DNA of 33,418 nt, from positions 1 to 33,418 of the IMG/VR virus record IMGVR_UViG_3300020200_001870. One strand, given 5' to 3'. Source of the stretch: a virus (taxonomy: Duplodnaviria; Caudoviricetes). Both the position numbers and the translations under genes were made by a program. Shown here in pieces: positions 1-7,227 of this stretch (position 1 is the stretch's first letter; each line of letters starts with the position of its first letter). The notes below the pieces were generated by a model, which was not told the origin of the DNA, did no database searches, and saw only the letters and a list, made by a program, of their open reading frames with translations.

Positions 1-1
1 G

Positions 2-499
2 AGCCCGTTCAAGTCGCTGGGTGGACACACGCCTGACCAGATCCGGCGCTCGAAGGTCATCCTGTGGGAGGGCCACTGTTCGGTCCACACCCGCTTCTCG
101 GTCAAGCAGATCGAGGCGGCCAGGCAGAAATATCCGGACGTGAACATCCTGGTACACCCAGAATGCACCAACGAGGTCGTGACATCAGCCGACTTCGTGG
201 GCTCCACGGAGTTCATTGCCAGCAAAGTGCGAGAAGCGCCGCCTAAAAGCAAATGGGCTATTGGTACTGAAATAAATCTTGTTAATCGTCTAGCTCAAGA
301 GAATAAAGATAAGATAGTCTTCTGCTTAGACCCTATTGTATGTCCTTGTTCCACTATGTATCGTGTTCATCCCGCTTATTTGTTATGGGTACTAGAAGGA
401 TTGATGGCTGGCCTGGTCATAAATCGTATTAAGGTCGAAGTAGACGTTGCTACCGAAGCCCGGACTGCTTTGAGGCTAATGCTTGAGAACTCCTTGTAA
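2..499 (+). CDS. nadA: Quinolinate synthase NadA, 5'-truncated by the window edge
   Basis: Frame 2 is open from base 2 and reads SPFKSLGG...ILWEGHCSVH...VHPEC...VGSTEFI...IGTEINLVNRLA...CPCSTMYRVHP..LLWVLE. These are NadA Fe-S Cys and HPEC motifs. The track ORF 140..499 is only its C-terminal part. Confidence 0.93.
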   Translation, partial: SPFKSLGGHTPDQIRRSKVILWEGHCSVHTRFSVKQIEAARQKYPDVNILVHPECTNEVVTSADFVGSTEFIASKVREAPPKSKWAIGTEINLVNRLAQENKDKIVFCLDPIVCPCSTMYRVHPAYLLWVLEGLMAGLVINRIKVEVDVATEARTALRLMLENSL

Positions 500-754
500 T
501 CAAAAACTTATTAGCTATGGCGGTAAAAGAATAATGATCGGCGCCCTAAAACAATTCAACTAAATTTCTTTATATATCTATATATAGATAGTCTATATAT
601 GAATAGCAGAAAGAGGATGTTTTAAGTTTTTTCTACATGATATAATCATATATCATATATAACCATAAATCTATAAATCAATACTAAGCTGGGTATATCA
701 AAGAACATGAAGAAGCTATTCTTAATTGGTTTAATTTCCTTTCAGGCGAAATAA

Positions 755-994
755 ATGACGTTAGTCTACGAAAAATCTAGAATTAAATATCCAAAGGGAA
801 CGTTTATTTTTGTAAATGCGAAGAATAGCGATTTGCATGGAAAGATCGGGATTATACAAGATCACTTGAAATCACGCCCGCCGTTTTCTCCAAATATCGT
901 AATAATCGTAAGATTCGAAGAAGGATTGTATCATCTCTTTGAACATGAAATTATGATTGTTTCAGAAGTACTAAATGATTTACGAGAATATTAA
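755..994 (+). CDS. Hypothetical protein, possibly a small SH3/KOW-like beta fold
   Basis: 79-aa ORF with a YPKGTFIFV...HGKIGII...IVRF pattern; weak RBS. Confidence 0.55.
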   Translation: MTLVYEKSRIKYPKGTFIFVNAKNSDLHGKIGIIQDHLKSRPPFSPNIVIIVRFEEGLYHLFEHEIMIVSEVLNDLREY

Positions 995-1110
995 AAATTT
1001 AATTGAATTACCACTTCCTTGCCCGAGTTGCAAGGAACGTTTGTTTTTCCCATATAAGCACGATCAGCGAGCAAAGTGTATTGGATGCAAGCGGATTTGG
1101 AGGATAGAAG

Positions 1111-1362
1111 ATGATGAAAAAAATGCCTAAATCTAAAGAAGAAGAGCAAGCAGTCGAAATAAGAAATAAGCTTTATCATGCTATTCGTTTGCATATGCAG
1201 CTTATTGCTATTGATTTAGGATTGGAATTTCAAGATAATGTTGTTCTTCAGCGCCCGGGCGGAAGCATCAAAGTCTCGTTTTCTTTTAAAGACGTGAATT
1301 CTAAAGAAAACGAGACTTTTACCCCGAGAGATATCACAGCTCGTTCAATCTTAGAGATATAA
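1111..1362 (+). CDS. Hypothetical protein
   Basis: 83-aa ORF with GGAGG just upstream of the ATG. Confidence 0.65.
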   Translation: MMKKMPKSKEEEQAVEIRNKLYHAIRLHMQLIAIDLGLEFQDNVVLQRPGGSIKVSFSFKDVNSKENETFTPRDITARSILEI

Positions 1363-1370
1363 CTAGCCTA

Positions 1371-1399
1371 TTTACAAATCGATTTCTATGTGTTATAAT
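1371..1399 (+). promoter_or_regulatory. Sigma70-type promoter (extended -10)
   Basis: TTTACA-N17-TATAAT with TG at the extended position; the same motif recurs before most genes in 1.4-7 kb. Confidence 0.8.
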
Positions 1400-1429
1400 G
1401 GATTTAAGTTAAAGGAGAAAACACTTAAA

Positions 1430-1795
1430 ATGAGAGTTTTAATTTGTGGTAGTCGTTATTGGGAGGGAAGGGAGGAGATTCGCGAGAAAATCACAAAGCT
1501 CTTTGATGAGAATAAGCATGATATGCTTGTAATACATGGGGCTGCTCGCGGTGCCGATACGATTGCTGGCGAGGAAGCTAGCAAATTAGGAATTCCAGTT
1601 GAGGCATATCCTGCTGATTGGAAAAAGTATGGTCGGGCTGCTGGCGCAATTCGTAATACAAGCATGATTTCAATTGGAAAACCAGATCTTGTATTGGCTT
1701 TCCACGAAGATTTGAATAAATCAAAAGGAACGGCAAATATGGTACGGCAGGCTAGAAAAGCTGGAATACCTGTAGTTATCTATGGAGGTAGCTGA
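1430..1795 (+). CDS. SLOG superfamily protein (DUF2493 / YspA-related)
   Basis: MRVLICGSR...VIHGAARGAD...YPADWKKYGRAAGAIRN..M...PDLVLAF...SKGTANMV. Start moved to ATG 1430, which follows AAGGAG. Confidence 0.85.
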   Translation: MRVLICGSRYWEGREEIREKITKLFDENKHDMLVIHGAARGADTIAGEEASKLGIPVEAYPADWKKYGRAAGAIRNTSMISIGKPDLVLAFHEDLNKSKGTANMVRQARKAGIPVVIYGGS

Positions 1796-1827
1796 ATGGG
1801 GGCCGAGGTCAATTGGGGCTGAGCCTA

Positions 1828-1856
1828 TTTACAACATGATTTTCTTGTGATATTAT
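1828..1856 (+). promoter_or_regulatory. Sigma70-type promoter
   Basis: TTTACA-N17-TATTAT with TG at the extended position. Confidence 0.7.
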
Positions 1857-1901
1857 AGTTTTATCGACCAACACAAGTGGAGTAAAGGAAAGGAAAGGGA
1901 T

Positions 1902-2399
1902 ATGACTCTAGAAGCAGTTAAGGAAATTGTAGCAGACTGGATTTTGGTGACCTATGACTTGCCTTCTACTAAAGAAGGATTGGCTCGGAGGCATGACTTT
2001 CTCCGGGCGGGAAAGTATGCAGGGGCGGTACAACACTCTGAGAGTGTATACTACATGCCCATGACTCAGGTAGCCGTTGAGGCAATCACCAAGCTTTCTG
2101 AGGGGTCTGGAGGAGCGGTCTTCGTTTGGTATACCCAGGCGGCATCTGAAAGCCTGGCTCAACAGTTGACCACGGTATACGACAAGCAGGTTCTTGAGTG
2201 GATTGAAAAGGTAGGGGAGCGGGTTCCAAAGATTTCGGAGCACTTGGCCAAGGGGCACATGAAGATGGCTTCCAACATGATTGAGAAGACAGAGGAAGCA
2301 TTGGATGTATTGCTCGGAATCATTATTCGGCGGGGAAGTCAAAAGCTCTTCGAATCCTACCAGTCTGTGAAGAAGCACTTGAATGAGGTAGCAAATTAA
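1902..2399 (+). CDS. Protein with an N-terminal Cas2/VapD/PaaX/ChrB_N-like ferredoxin-fold domain and a helical C-terminus
   Basis: WILVTYDLP....R...L....GAVQHSESVYYMP resembles the Cas2/ChrB_N pattern (hhhYDh...R...L...G...Q.SVy). Confidence 0.6.
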   Translation: MTLEAVKEIVADWILVTYDLPSTKEGLARRHDFLRAGKYAGAVQHSESVYYMPMTQVAVEAITKLSEGSGGAVFVWYTQAASESLAQQLTTVYDKQVLEWIEKVGERVPKISEHLAKGHMKMASNMIEKTEEALDVLLGIIIRRGSQKLFESYQSVKKHLNEVAN

Positions 2400-2425
2400 C
2401 TAAAAGAAGAAGGGGACTTACGATA

Positions 2426-2464
2426 ATTCTACGGGTCCCTGTCTGAGGAGGGGACCCGTAGAAT
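2426..2464. repeat. TTCTAC...GTAGAA palindrome (left-cluster polarity)
   Basis: ATTCTACGGGTCCC-N11-GGGACCCGTAGAAT, a perfect 14-bp stem. Confidence 0.9.
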
Positions 2465-2485
2465 AGGAACAAGAAGGAGATGTGT

Positions 2486-2581
2486 ATGGTTTGCGTCAAG
2501 TGTAATCGCCCTTACATCATGGGGAACTTCATGATCAAGACTGTCGACGGTTGGAAGCATATGGGTGGTTGCCCACGTTAG
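2486..2581 (+). CDS. 31-aa Cys/His microprotein (family C; not in the ORF track)
   Basis: MVCVKCNRPYIMGNFMIKTVDGWKHMGGCPR with an AAGGAG RBS; homologous to the ORFs at 13770-13901 and 16017-16148. Confidence 0.8.
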   Translation: MVCVKCNRPYIMGNFMIKTVDGWKHMGGCPR

Positions 2582-2588
2582 CTTTCAA

Positions 2589-2651
2589 AGTTTACAATCT
2601 ACTTTCCATGTGATATAATGATTTCACGTTAAAACACAAAACGGAAGGAAA
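2589..2651 (+). promoter_or_regulatory. Duplicated 63-bp promoter/leader module, copy 1
   Basis: TTTACA(2591)-N17-TATAAT(2614) plus leader; differs at 2 positions from 3088-3150. Confidence 0.85.
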
Positions 2652-2662
2652 GGTGTGGGGTG

Positions 2663-3055
2663 ATGGAGAATCGGGAAGCTATTCAGAAGTGGGTCAACGC
2701 GTTGCGTTCGGGGCGGTTTATTCAGAGAAGGGGGGCGCTTAGGATCGATGTTCCGCATCGGTCGGAATACTGTTGCTTGGGTGTCGCGTGTGAGGTGGCG
2801 ATTGAAAATGGTGTGGATGTGAAGCGGAAGATGGCGACTCGTGTCAGTGATGTTGAAAGTTGGACTTACGATGGCGAGGGCAATTTTCTCCCGCCATCTG
2901 TGGTGAAGTGGTTGGGCTTGAAGTCCCGCAACCCTTTTGTCGATTACGACAAGTTTCCCAATGGCTGTCCCCTTACGGTTGCCAACGATGGGGAATACTT
3001 GTCGTTCGTGGATATAGCGGGGCTGATAGAGAGGACGTTTTTGATTAAGGATTAA
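2663..3055 (+). CDS. Phage hypothetical protein (WV.ALRSG...YCCLGV.CE family), paralogue of 10277-10663
   Basis: NREAIQKWVNALRSGRFIQRRGALR...YCCLGVACEVAIENGV aligns with the 10277-10663 product. Confidence 0.85.
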   Translation: MENREAIQKWVNALRSGRFIQRRGALRIDVPHRSEYCCLGVACEVAIENGVDVKRKMATRVSDVESWTYDGEGNFLPPSVVKWLGLKSRNPFVDYDKFPNGCPLTVANDGEYLSFVDIAGLIERTFLIKD

Positions 3056-3087
3056 TCCTCAGGGAGCATGAATCATAGCTCGGGTCG

Positions 3088-3150
3088 AGTTTACAATCTA
3101 CTTTCCATGTTATATAATGATTTCACGTTAAAACACAAAACGAAAGGAAA
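3088..3150 (+). promoter_or_regulatory. Duplicated 63-bp promoter/leader module, copy 2
   Basis: TTTACA(3090)-N17-TATAAT(3113), ending in an AAAGGAAA RBS. Confidence 0.85.
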
Positions 3151-3156
3151 CAACAA

Positions 3157-3414
3157 ATGTCAACAGGCACAAAACTAGTCAAGTTCGATATGGAGCCAGT
3201 AAAGGTAAAGGATTTGATTGCAGCCCTTGAACTATTCGACCAAGATCTGGAAGTCTTTGTGGATGGGATGTCGGGAGACCGCGGGATTATGCAGATAGAC
3301 CTTGATACAACCCAAGAGATTCCCGTGGTTCTCATCGAGGGAGACCCCAGCGATATGAGCTCGTGTTGCTCCGGGCCGAATTGTACGGCTTGCGGAGATT
3401 CTGATAATCCATAG
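3157..3414 (+). CDS. Small acidic phage protein (KVKDLIAALE.FD.DLEV motif) with a Cys-rich tail
   Basis: 85-aa ORF downstream of a promoter and RBS. Confidence 0.75.
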   Translation: MSTGTKLVKFDMEPVKVKDLIAALELFDQDLEVFVDGMSGDRGIMQIDLDTTQEIPVVLIEGDPSDMSSCCSGPNCTACGDSDNP

Positions 3415-3418
3415 ATTG

Positions 3419-3447
3419 TTTACAATCATTTTTCTATGTGATATAAT
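3419..3447 (+). promoter_or_regulatory. Sigma70-type promoter
   Basis: TTTACA-N17-TATAAT with TG at the extended position. Confidence 0.8.
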
Positions 3448-3480
3448 GATTTTAAACAAACAACAGGAGGGGGTTATTTG

Positions 3481-3630
3481 ATGTCTGACTTTGAAGATTG
3501 GCACGATCGAGATTCATATAATCCGAAACCCTGGTGGGTAACCTTATTGCAGTTAACGTGTATCGTATGTACAGTACTTATCTGGTGGAGGATTATTACT
3601 GAGCCTCGCGACCCAAACACTGGTAACTAA
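3481..3630 (+). CDS. 49-aa putative single-pass membrane protein (not in the ORF track)
   Basis: MSDFEDWHDRDSYNPKPWWVTLLQLTCIVCTVLIWWRIITEPRDPNTGN with an AGGAGG RBS and its own promoter. Confidence 0.7.
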   Translation: MSDFEDWHDRDSYNPKPWWVTLLQLTCIVCTVLIWWRIITEPRDPNTGN

Positions 3631-3640
3631 CAATAAAAAC

Positions 3641-3720
3641 GGAGGAGGAGCAACCTGAAGGAGGAGCAACCTAAAGGAGGAGCGGCCTGAGGGAGGAGCA
3701 GCCTGAAGGAGGAGGAGCAA
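3641..3720 (+). repeat. Tandem 16-bp GGAGGAGCAACCTGAA-like repeat (4 full copies plus partials)
   Basis: ggaggagcaacctgaa / ggaggagcaacctaaa / ggaggagcggcctgag / ggaggagcagcctgaa / gga-ggaggagcaa; non-coding. Confidence 0.9.
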
Positions 3721-3725
3721 TCCTA

Positions 3726-3754
3726 TTTACAAATCCATTTTTACATGATATAAT
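3726..3754 (+). promoter_or_regulatory. Sigma70-type promoter reading directly into a palindrome, with no ORF
   Basis: TTTACA-N17-TATAAT; the next promoter (TGTACA-N17-TACAAT) lies at 3815-3843. Confidence 0.75.
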
Positions 3755-3771
3755 GGGGAGGACTGCGGGCC

Positions 3772-3808
3772 GTTCTACTGGTCCACCACAACTGTGGACC
3801 AGTAGAAC
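3772..3808. repeat. TTCTAC...GTAGAA palindrome
   Basis: GTTCTACTGGTCCAC-N7-GTGGACCAGTAGAAC, a perfect 15-bp stem. Confidence 0.9.
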
Positions 3809-3877
3809 TGGTTATGTACATTCGACTTCTAATATGATACAATATATTCTAGCATCAGTTCCTCTGGGGGAATTCGA

Positions 3878-4060
3878 ATGAAATACGTCGTGACATACAA
3901 TCGGGCTCATGGTCGGTGCTTCTGCAACTTGAAGACTGACATCTTCAATCACAGGTCATGTGAGGAATGTGGTCCTGTTGGTCATTGTGAAAGACCAACT
4001 AGACAACTCAGGGCAATTGGCGCGTTGGCGACTCGGTCGCGACAAATTGAGTTGACATAG
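3878..4060 (+). CDS. Small Cys/His-rich hypothetical protein
   Basis: 60 aa with HGRCFC...HRSCEECGPVGHC; promoter at 3815-3843 and a GGGGG RBS. Confidence 0.6.
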   Translation: MKYVVTYNRAHGRCFCNLKTDIFNHRSCEECGPVGHCERPTRQLRAIGALATRSRQIELT

Positions 4061-4133
4061 CCTATTTACTTTTATAGAGAACCATATATAATTAACCATG
4101 TGGTTAAACAAACTAGTGAAAGGAACGAGACAA

Positions 4134-4412
4134 ATGGGTTCAAAGGTTGTAGCTATTAGGCCTCACGGCCGGGGATCTCTCCGGTACCGGGCGATTGGTG
4201 AGTTCGAGAACGGGTACAAGGCAGTTCAGGGTGTCGAGAAGTTTACGGATGACTTGAGGGAATCCCATCGGTACATCCCGTGGGCCAATGACTTCGAGTT
4301 GATCGTGACCGGAAAGACTTCTAACGTCCAATTCAATCAGTTTGTTACGAATGGGGAGATCTCAGTCGAAGCAGTCGAGCAAGCAGTAGGACGAAAGGTT
4401 TACAGTACGTAA
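4134..4412 (+). CDS. Hypothetical protein
   Basis: Start moved to ATG 4134 after AAAGGAA; TTTACT-N16-TATAAT promoter at 4065-4092. Confidence 0.7.
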   Translation: MGSKVVAIRPHGRGSLRYRAIGEFENGYKAVQGVEKFTDDLRESHRYIPWANDFELIVTGKTSNVQFNQFVTNGEISVEAVEQAVGRKVYST

Positions 4413-4414
4413 AC

Positions 4415-4695
4415 TTCCTGCCGAGAGTTGGAAGCTCTGTAGGCCCGTTAAAACTGAACTTCCATTGTTAAAAACTGGAGAGCTCTAGCAGGATTGTGTA
4501 CTAGAGGGAATATATTTCAGCCCCCGTTAACTGAAATATAGGAAAACTAACACGAGGCGTCACGTTCCACGCCTACTCCAGCATCAGAGGTTTTTGGTGA
4601 GAGAGAATACAAACCTTCGGACTTGTTAGCTTCTTTAGGCGCGAGAAGCAGGCCGGATACCGGCTTTAAAATACAGGTGAAACCAAAAACCTCTG
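4415..4695. ncRNA. Candidate structured non-coding RNA region
   Basis: No convincing ORF. Stems include TCCTGC/GCAGGA, TATATTTCAG/CTGAAATATA (4511-4540), and a 14-bp closing stem CAGAGGTTTTTGGT/ACCAAAAACCTCTG (4585-4695) enclosing three small hairpins. Confidence 0.35.
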
Positions 4696-4714
4696 TCCAA
4701 AAAGGTGATATAAT

Positions 4715-4753
4715 TGTTCTACGGGTCCACGGTTGGTGTGGACCCGTAGAACA
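4715..4753. repeat. TTCTAC...GTAGAA palindrome
   Basis: TGTTCTACGGGTCCAC-N7-GTGGACCCGTAGAACA; followed by TGTACA-N17-TACAAT at 4757-4785. Confidence 0.9.
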
Positions 4754-4802
4754 GGGTGTACATTTGATTTTCAATATGGTACAATATACTTCAAATATCA
4801 TT

Positions 4803-5267
4803 ATGAGAAAGTCATACGGAATAATATTAATCAATCAATTTGGAACTAAGGTTCTTCTTAAAAGGCAACGCCATAATTTTGGGGGTGTTCTGTGGACTTT
4901 TCCTAAAGGCCATCAAGAAGATAAGGAAACTCCGCGCCAAACAGCTCTTCGTGAATTATGGGAAGAAACTCATATGGTTCCGTTAAGTATGATACGTTTA
5001 AGTGGAAAGTATTATGGAACTACAACTGTTTCGAGATACTTTATTGGCGTGTCTACAGAATCAGCAACTCCCAATACTTCTCTTTGGAAAGTCCCTGTTC
5101 TGGGTTCCTTATTGAACTTTGAAACTCTAAGTCTTCGTTGGGCTTCATGGGATGAAGCTAAATATTTGATTTCACTGTCTCCTAATCAAATATCTCGAGA
5201 TCGTGATCTTCAAGTTCTTAATCGCGCCAAGAAAAACATTGTTAATGCTCTTAATTCCTTGTATTAA
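4803..5267 (+). CDS. NUDIX hydrolase
   Basis: Nudix box WTFPKGHQEDKETPRQTALRELWEET. The start is likely ATG 4803, because the longer track ORF runs through the palindrome and promoter. Confidence 0.88.
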   Translation: MRKSYGIILINQFGTKVLLKRQRHNFGGVLWTFPKGHQEDKETPRQTALRELWEETHMVPLSMIRLSGKYYGTTTVSRYFIGVSTESATPNTSLWKVPVLGSLLNFETLSLRWASWDEAKYLISLSPNQISRDRDLQVLNRAKKNIVNALNSLY

Positions 5268-5334
5268 CTATATTTCCTTTTATAAAGTTATGTGATATAA
5301 TGTAAGCATCAACAAAAAACTTGGAGGAAATGAG

Positions 5335-5583
5335 ATGTTAGAGTCAAAACAAGAAGGGGTTATCCAAAAGGTAGACAGTTCGGATCCCGTTGTTACCGAT
5401 GATTCTAATTGGATAAATAATGCGTGTAGCTGTTGGGTTAAACGGGAATCTCCGCAATTTCGGTATATTATTCGCTGGGGTGCTCATAATCCATCCTGTA
5501 AAGTATTTCGGCCAACTCGCGATCCAGTCGATGCTGTTTACGACGCCAAAATGAGACTATGGTTTGAAAAGAGGCTCGAATGA
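5335..5583 (+). CDS. Hypothetical protein (C-x-C...GAH...C motif)
   Basis: 82 aa; GGAGG RBS; TGATATAAT upstream at about 5293-5301. Confidence 0.7.
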   Translation: MLESKQEGVIQKVDSSDPVVTDDSNWINNACSCWVKRESPQFRYIIRWGAHNPSCKVFRPTRDPVDAVYDAKMRLWFEKRLE

Positions 5584-5750
5584 TTATCCATCCTCAAGAT
5601 TTAATTCTGACTAAAAAATCAAATGATATTGTTACTGTTGCAGCCTTTAATCCTCAATTAACTTGTGTCGTGCGTGGACATATTATTACTGGAACTTACG
5701 TAATACGTAATGGTAAGGTAATCTGTTGTGCTCACTATCTTCGATCTTAA
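5580..5750 (+). CDS. 56-aa hypothetical protein (not in the ORF track)
   Basis: ATGA overlap with the previous stop; MIIHPQDLILTKK...VICCAHYLRS. Confidence 0.5.
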   Translation: MIIHPQDLILTKKSNDIVTVAAFNPQLTCVVRGHIITGTYVIRNGKVICCAHYLRS

Positions 5751-5830
5751 TAGCTTTATTGGAATGGTGTACAATATAAAACTAACATGATATAATGATT
5801 CTCACACCAACTAAATGAAAGGAATCTTAT

Positions 5831-6109
5831 ATGAAAATCTCCCGCAAAACTGCAGTTTCCCTTATCCACGATACTCGAGATGCAGGCACCATCTTTGGCG
5901 TGACTTTTATTAAGAAGGATGGTACTGAGAGGACAATGTCTGCTCGGCTAGGGGTTCGTAAGGGGGTTAAGGGTATTGGCCTTTCGTATACTCCGGCTGA
6001 TTACAACTTAATTGGTGTGTTTGATATGAATAATGGATTTCGCATGATCAACGTTTCGGGTCTTCGGAGGCTTAGCATTGGGGGAATAGAATATGAAATC
6101 ATTCCTTAA
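5831..6109 (+). CDS. SH3/Sm-like beta-barrel protein (WYL_2 / DUF2693-like)
   Basis: FGVTFIKKDGTERTM...VFDMNNGFRMIN pattern; TGTACA-N17-TATAAT at 5768-5796; AAAGGA RBS. Confidence 0.7.
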   Translation: MKISRKTAVSLIHDTRDAGTIFGVTFIKKDGTERTMSARLGVRKGVKGIGLSYTPADYNLIGVFDMNNGFRMINVSGLRRLSIGGIEYEIIP

Positions 6110-6171
6110 AGAGATGTACAAAATTATTTAATTATGATAAAGTAAAGTATACTTTATCATAAAGGGAGGAC

Positions 6172-6211
6172 AATTCTACGGGCCCACAGTTGGTGGTGGG
6201 CCCGTAGAATT
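6172..6211. repeat. TTCTAC...GTAGAA palindrome
   Basis: AATTCTACGGGCCCAC-N8-GTGGGCCCGTAGAATT; flanked by promoter-like motifs at 6115-6143 and 6218-6246. Confidence 0.9.
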
Positions 6212-6275
6212 TTAGTATGTACATTTTTTTCTGGTCCTGATATAATAATCTTGTTAATCTAAATGGAGACATCAA

Positions 6276-6701
6276 ATGCAAATTACGAAGTCCGAAGCGT
6301 CCACAATTCTGATGTGTATTTCGACCCACGAAATGGAAGCTGACAAGTCCGAAACAACAGAAGCGTTGCGGCAAAAGATTTACAAGGCATTTCCACCATT
6401 GCTTAAGGCTCAGCAGCGTCAAGATCAGTGGGAGGAATTCTGGGGTAATACTGTTGAGCAGGATCCGCGAGTGCAATCTATTCGTAGTCAGATTAATCAG
6501 GTTAATGTGTTAACTGATATGCTTCGTAATCAGCCTAAAAATTATGAAGCTGGGCGAAAAAAGCTTGATGAGCTTTTTGATGAACTCTACTCAACTAAGA
6601 AAAAAGTCGCCGAAGAACTTTCTCCTAATGAAGCTAAACATTTGATTTCATCGTCTCCTATTAATCAAGATCTTGATCTTGATGAAACTATGAAAGTATG
6701 A
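6276..6701 (+). CDS. Helical hypothetical protein
   Basis: 141 aa; GGAG RBS; TGTACA-N17-TATAAT at 6218-6246. Confidence 0.75.
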   Translation: MQITKSEASTILMCISTHEMEADKSETTEALRQKIYKAFPPLLKAQQRQDQWEEFWGNTVEQDPRVQSIRSQINQVNVLTDMLRNQPKNYEAGRKKLDELFDELYSTKKKVAEELSPNEAKHLISSSPINQDLDLDETMKV

Positions 6702-6898
6702 TGTTTAGTGCATCACTATGATGGTAACTCTTCTTTAAAAAAAGTTGGGGTAAGTATCATAGCTATGATATGTCTAGTCTTCCTAGTATGGAATGTTTTG
6801 CGGGTTCCTAAAAACGAAGACACCACTAAAAAATAGGATTTACAATTGTCCACCCAAGTGATATAATAATCTCATTAACTAAACAGGAGGGTTTACCA

Positions 6899-7018
6899 AT
6901 GGTAAACAAATGGGATCGCCGGGACAACAAGCGCAAAAAGAAAATGAAGGTGGATGGGACTTCAACTAAGCTTCTTTGGAAGATTATTATCGAAAAATCA
7001 GATAGAGTTCGACAATAA
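6899..7018 (+). CDS. 39-aa basic microprotein (not in the ORF track)
   Basis: MVNKWDRRDNKRKKKMKVDGTSTKLLWKIIIEKSDRVRQ; AGGAGG RBS; TTTACA-N17-TATAAT at 6839-6867. Confidence 0.7.
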   Translation: MVNKWDRRDNKRKKKMKVDGTSTKLLWKIIIEKSDRVRQ

Positions 7019-7038
7019 GACTGACTAAGGAAAAATAT

Positions 7039-7200
7039 ATGAAACCGATTACTCCAAAGCAACATCAACTTGCTATTGCCAAACGTACACTTCGAATGCC
7101 AGATGCGATAGCAGGTGTAATGGGTGGGCCTACAAAAGCTGAAGCACAAGAGATTATTCAGAAACTAGAAGAGCTTGAAACCTTGGAGGAAGAAGAGTAA
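7039..7200 (+). CDS. 53-aa phage hypothetical protein (not in the ORF track)
   Basis: MKPITPKQHQLAIAKRTLRMPDAIAGVMGGPTKAEAQEIIQKLEELETLEEEE; AAGGA RBS. Confidence 0.7.
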   Translation: MKPITPKQHQLAIAKRTLRMPDAIAGVMGGPTKAEAQEIIQKLEELETLEEEE

Positions 7201-7227
7201 CTCTTAAACCAGAAGGGGGGTGAGGCC

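Noticed and set aside
4585-4695. tRNA or hammerhead ribozyme
   Set aside because: Multi-branched, but it has no T-loop/D-loop consensus or 7-bp acceptor stem and no correctly placed CUGANGA/GAAA core.
4623-4802. N-terminal extension of the NUDIX ORF from TTG 4623
   Set aside because: It runs through the structured region, the palindrome and the promoter; the Nudix fold begins at Met 4803.
6708-6836. Possible 42-aa membrane microprotein (GTG start) resembling the 3481-3630 product
   Set aside because: No clear RBS, and the similarity is limited to hydrophobic residues, so it was not called.
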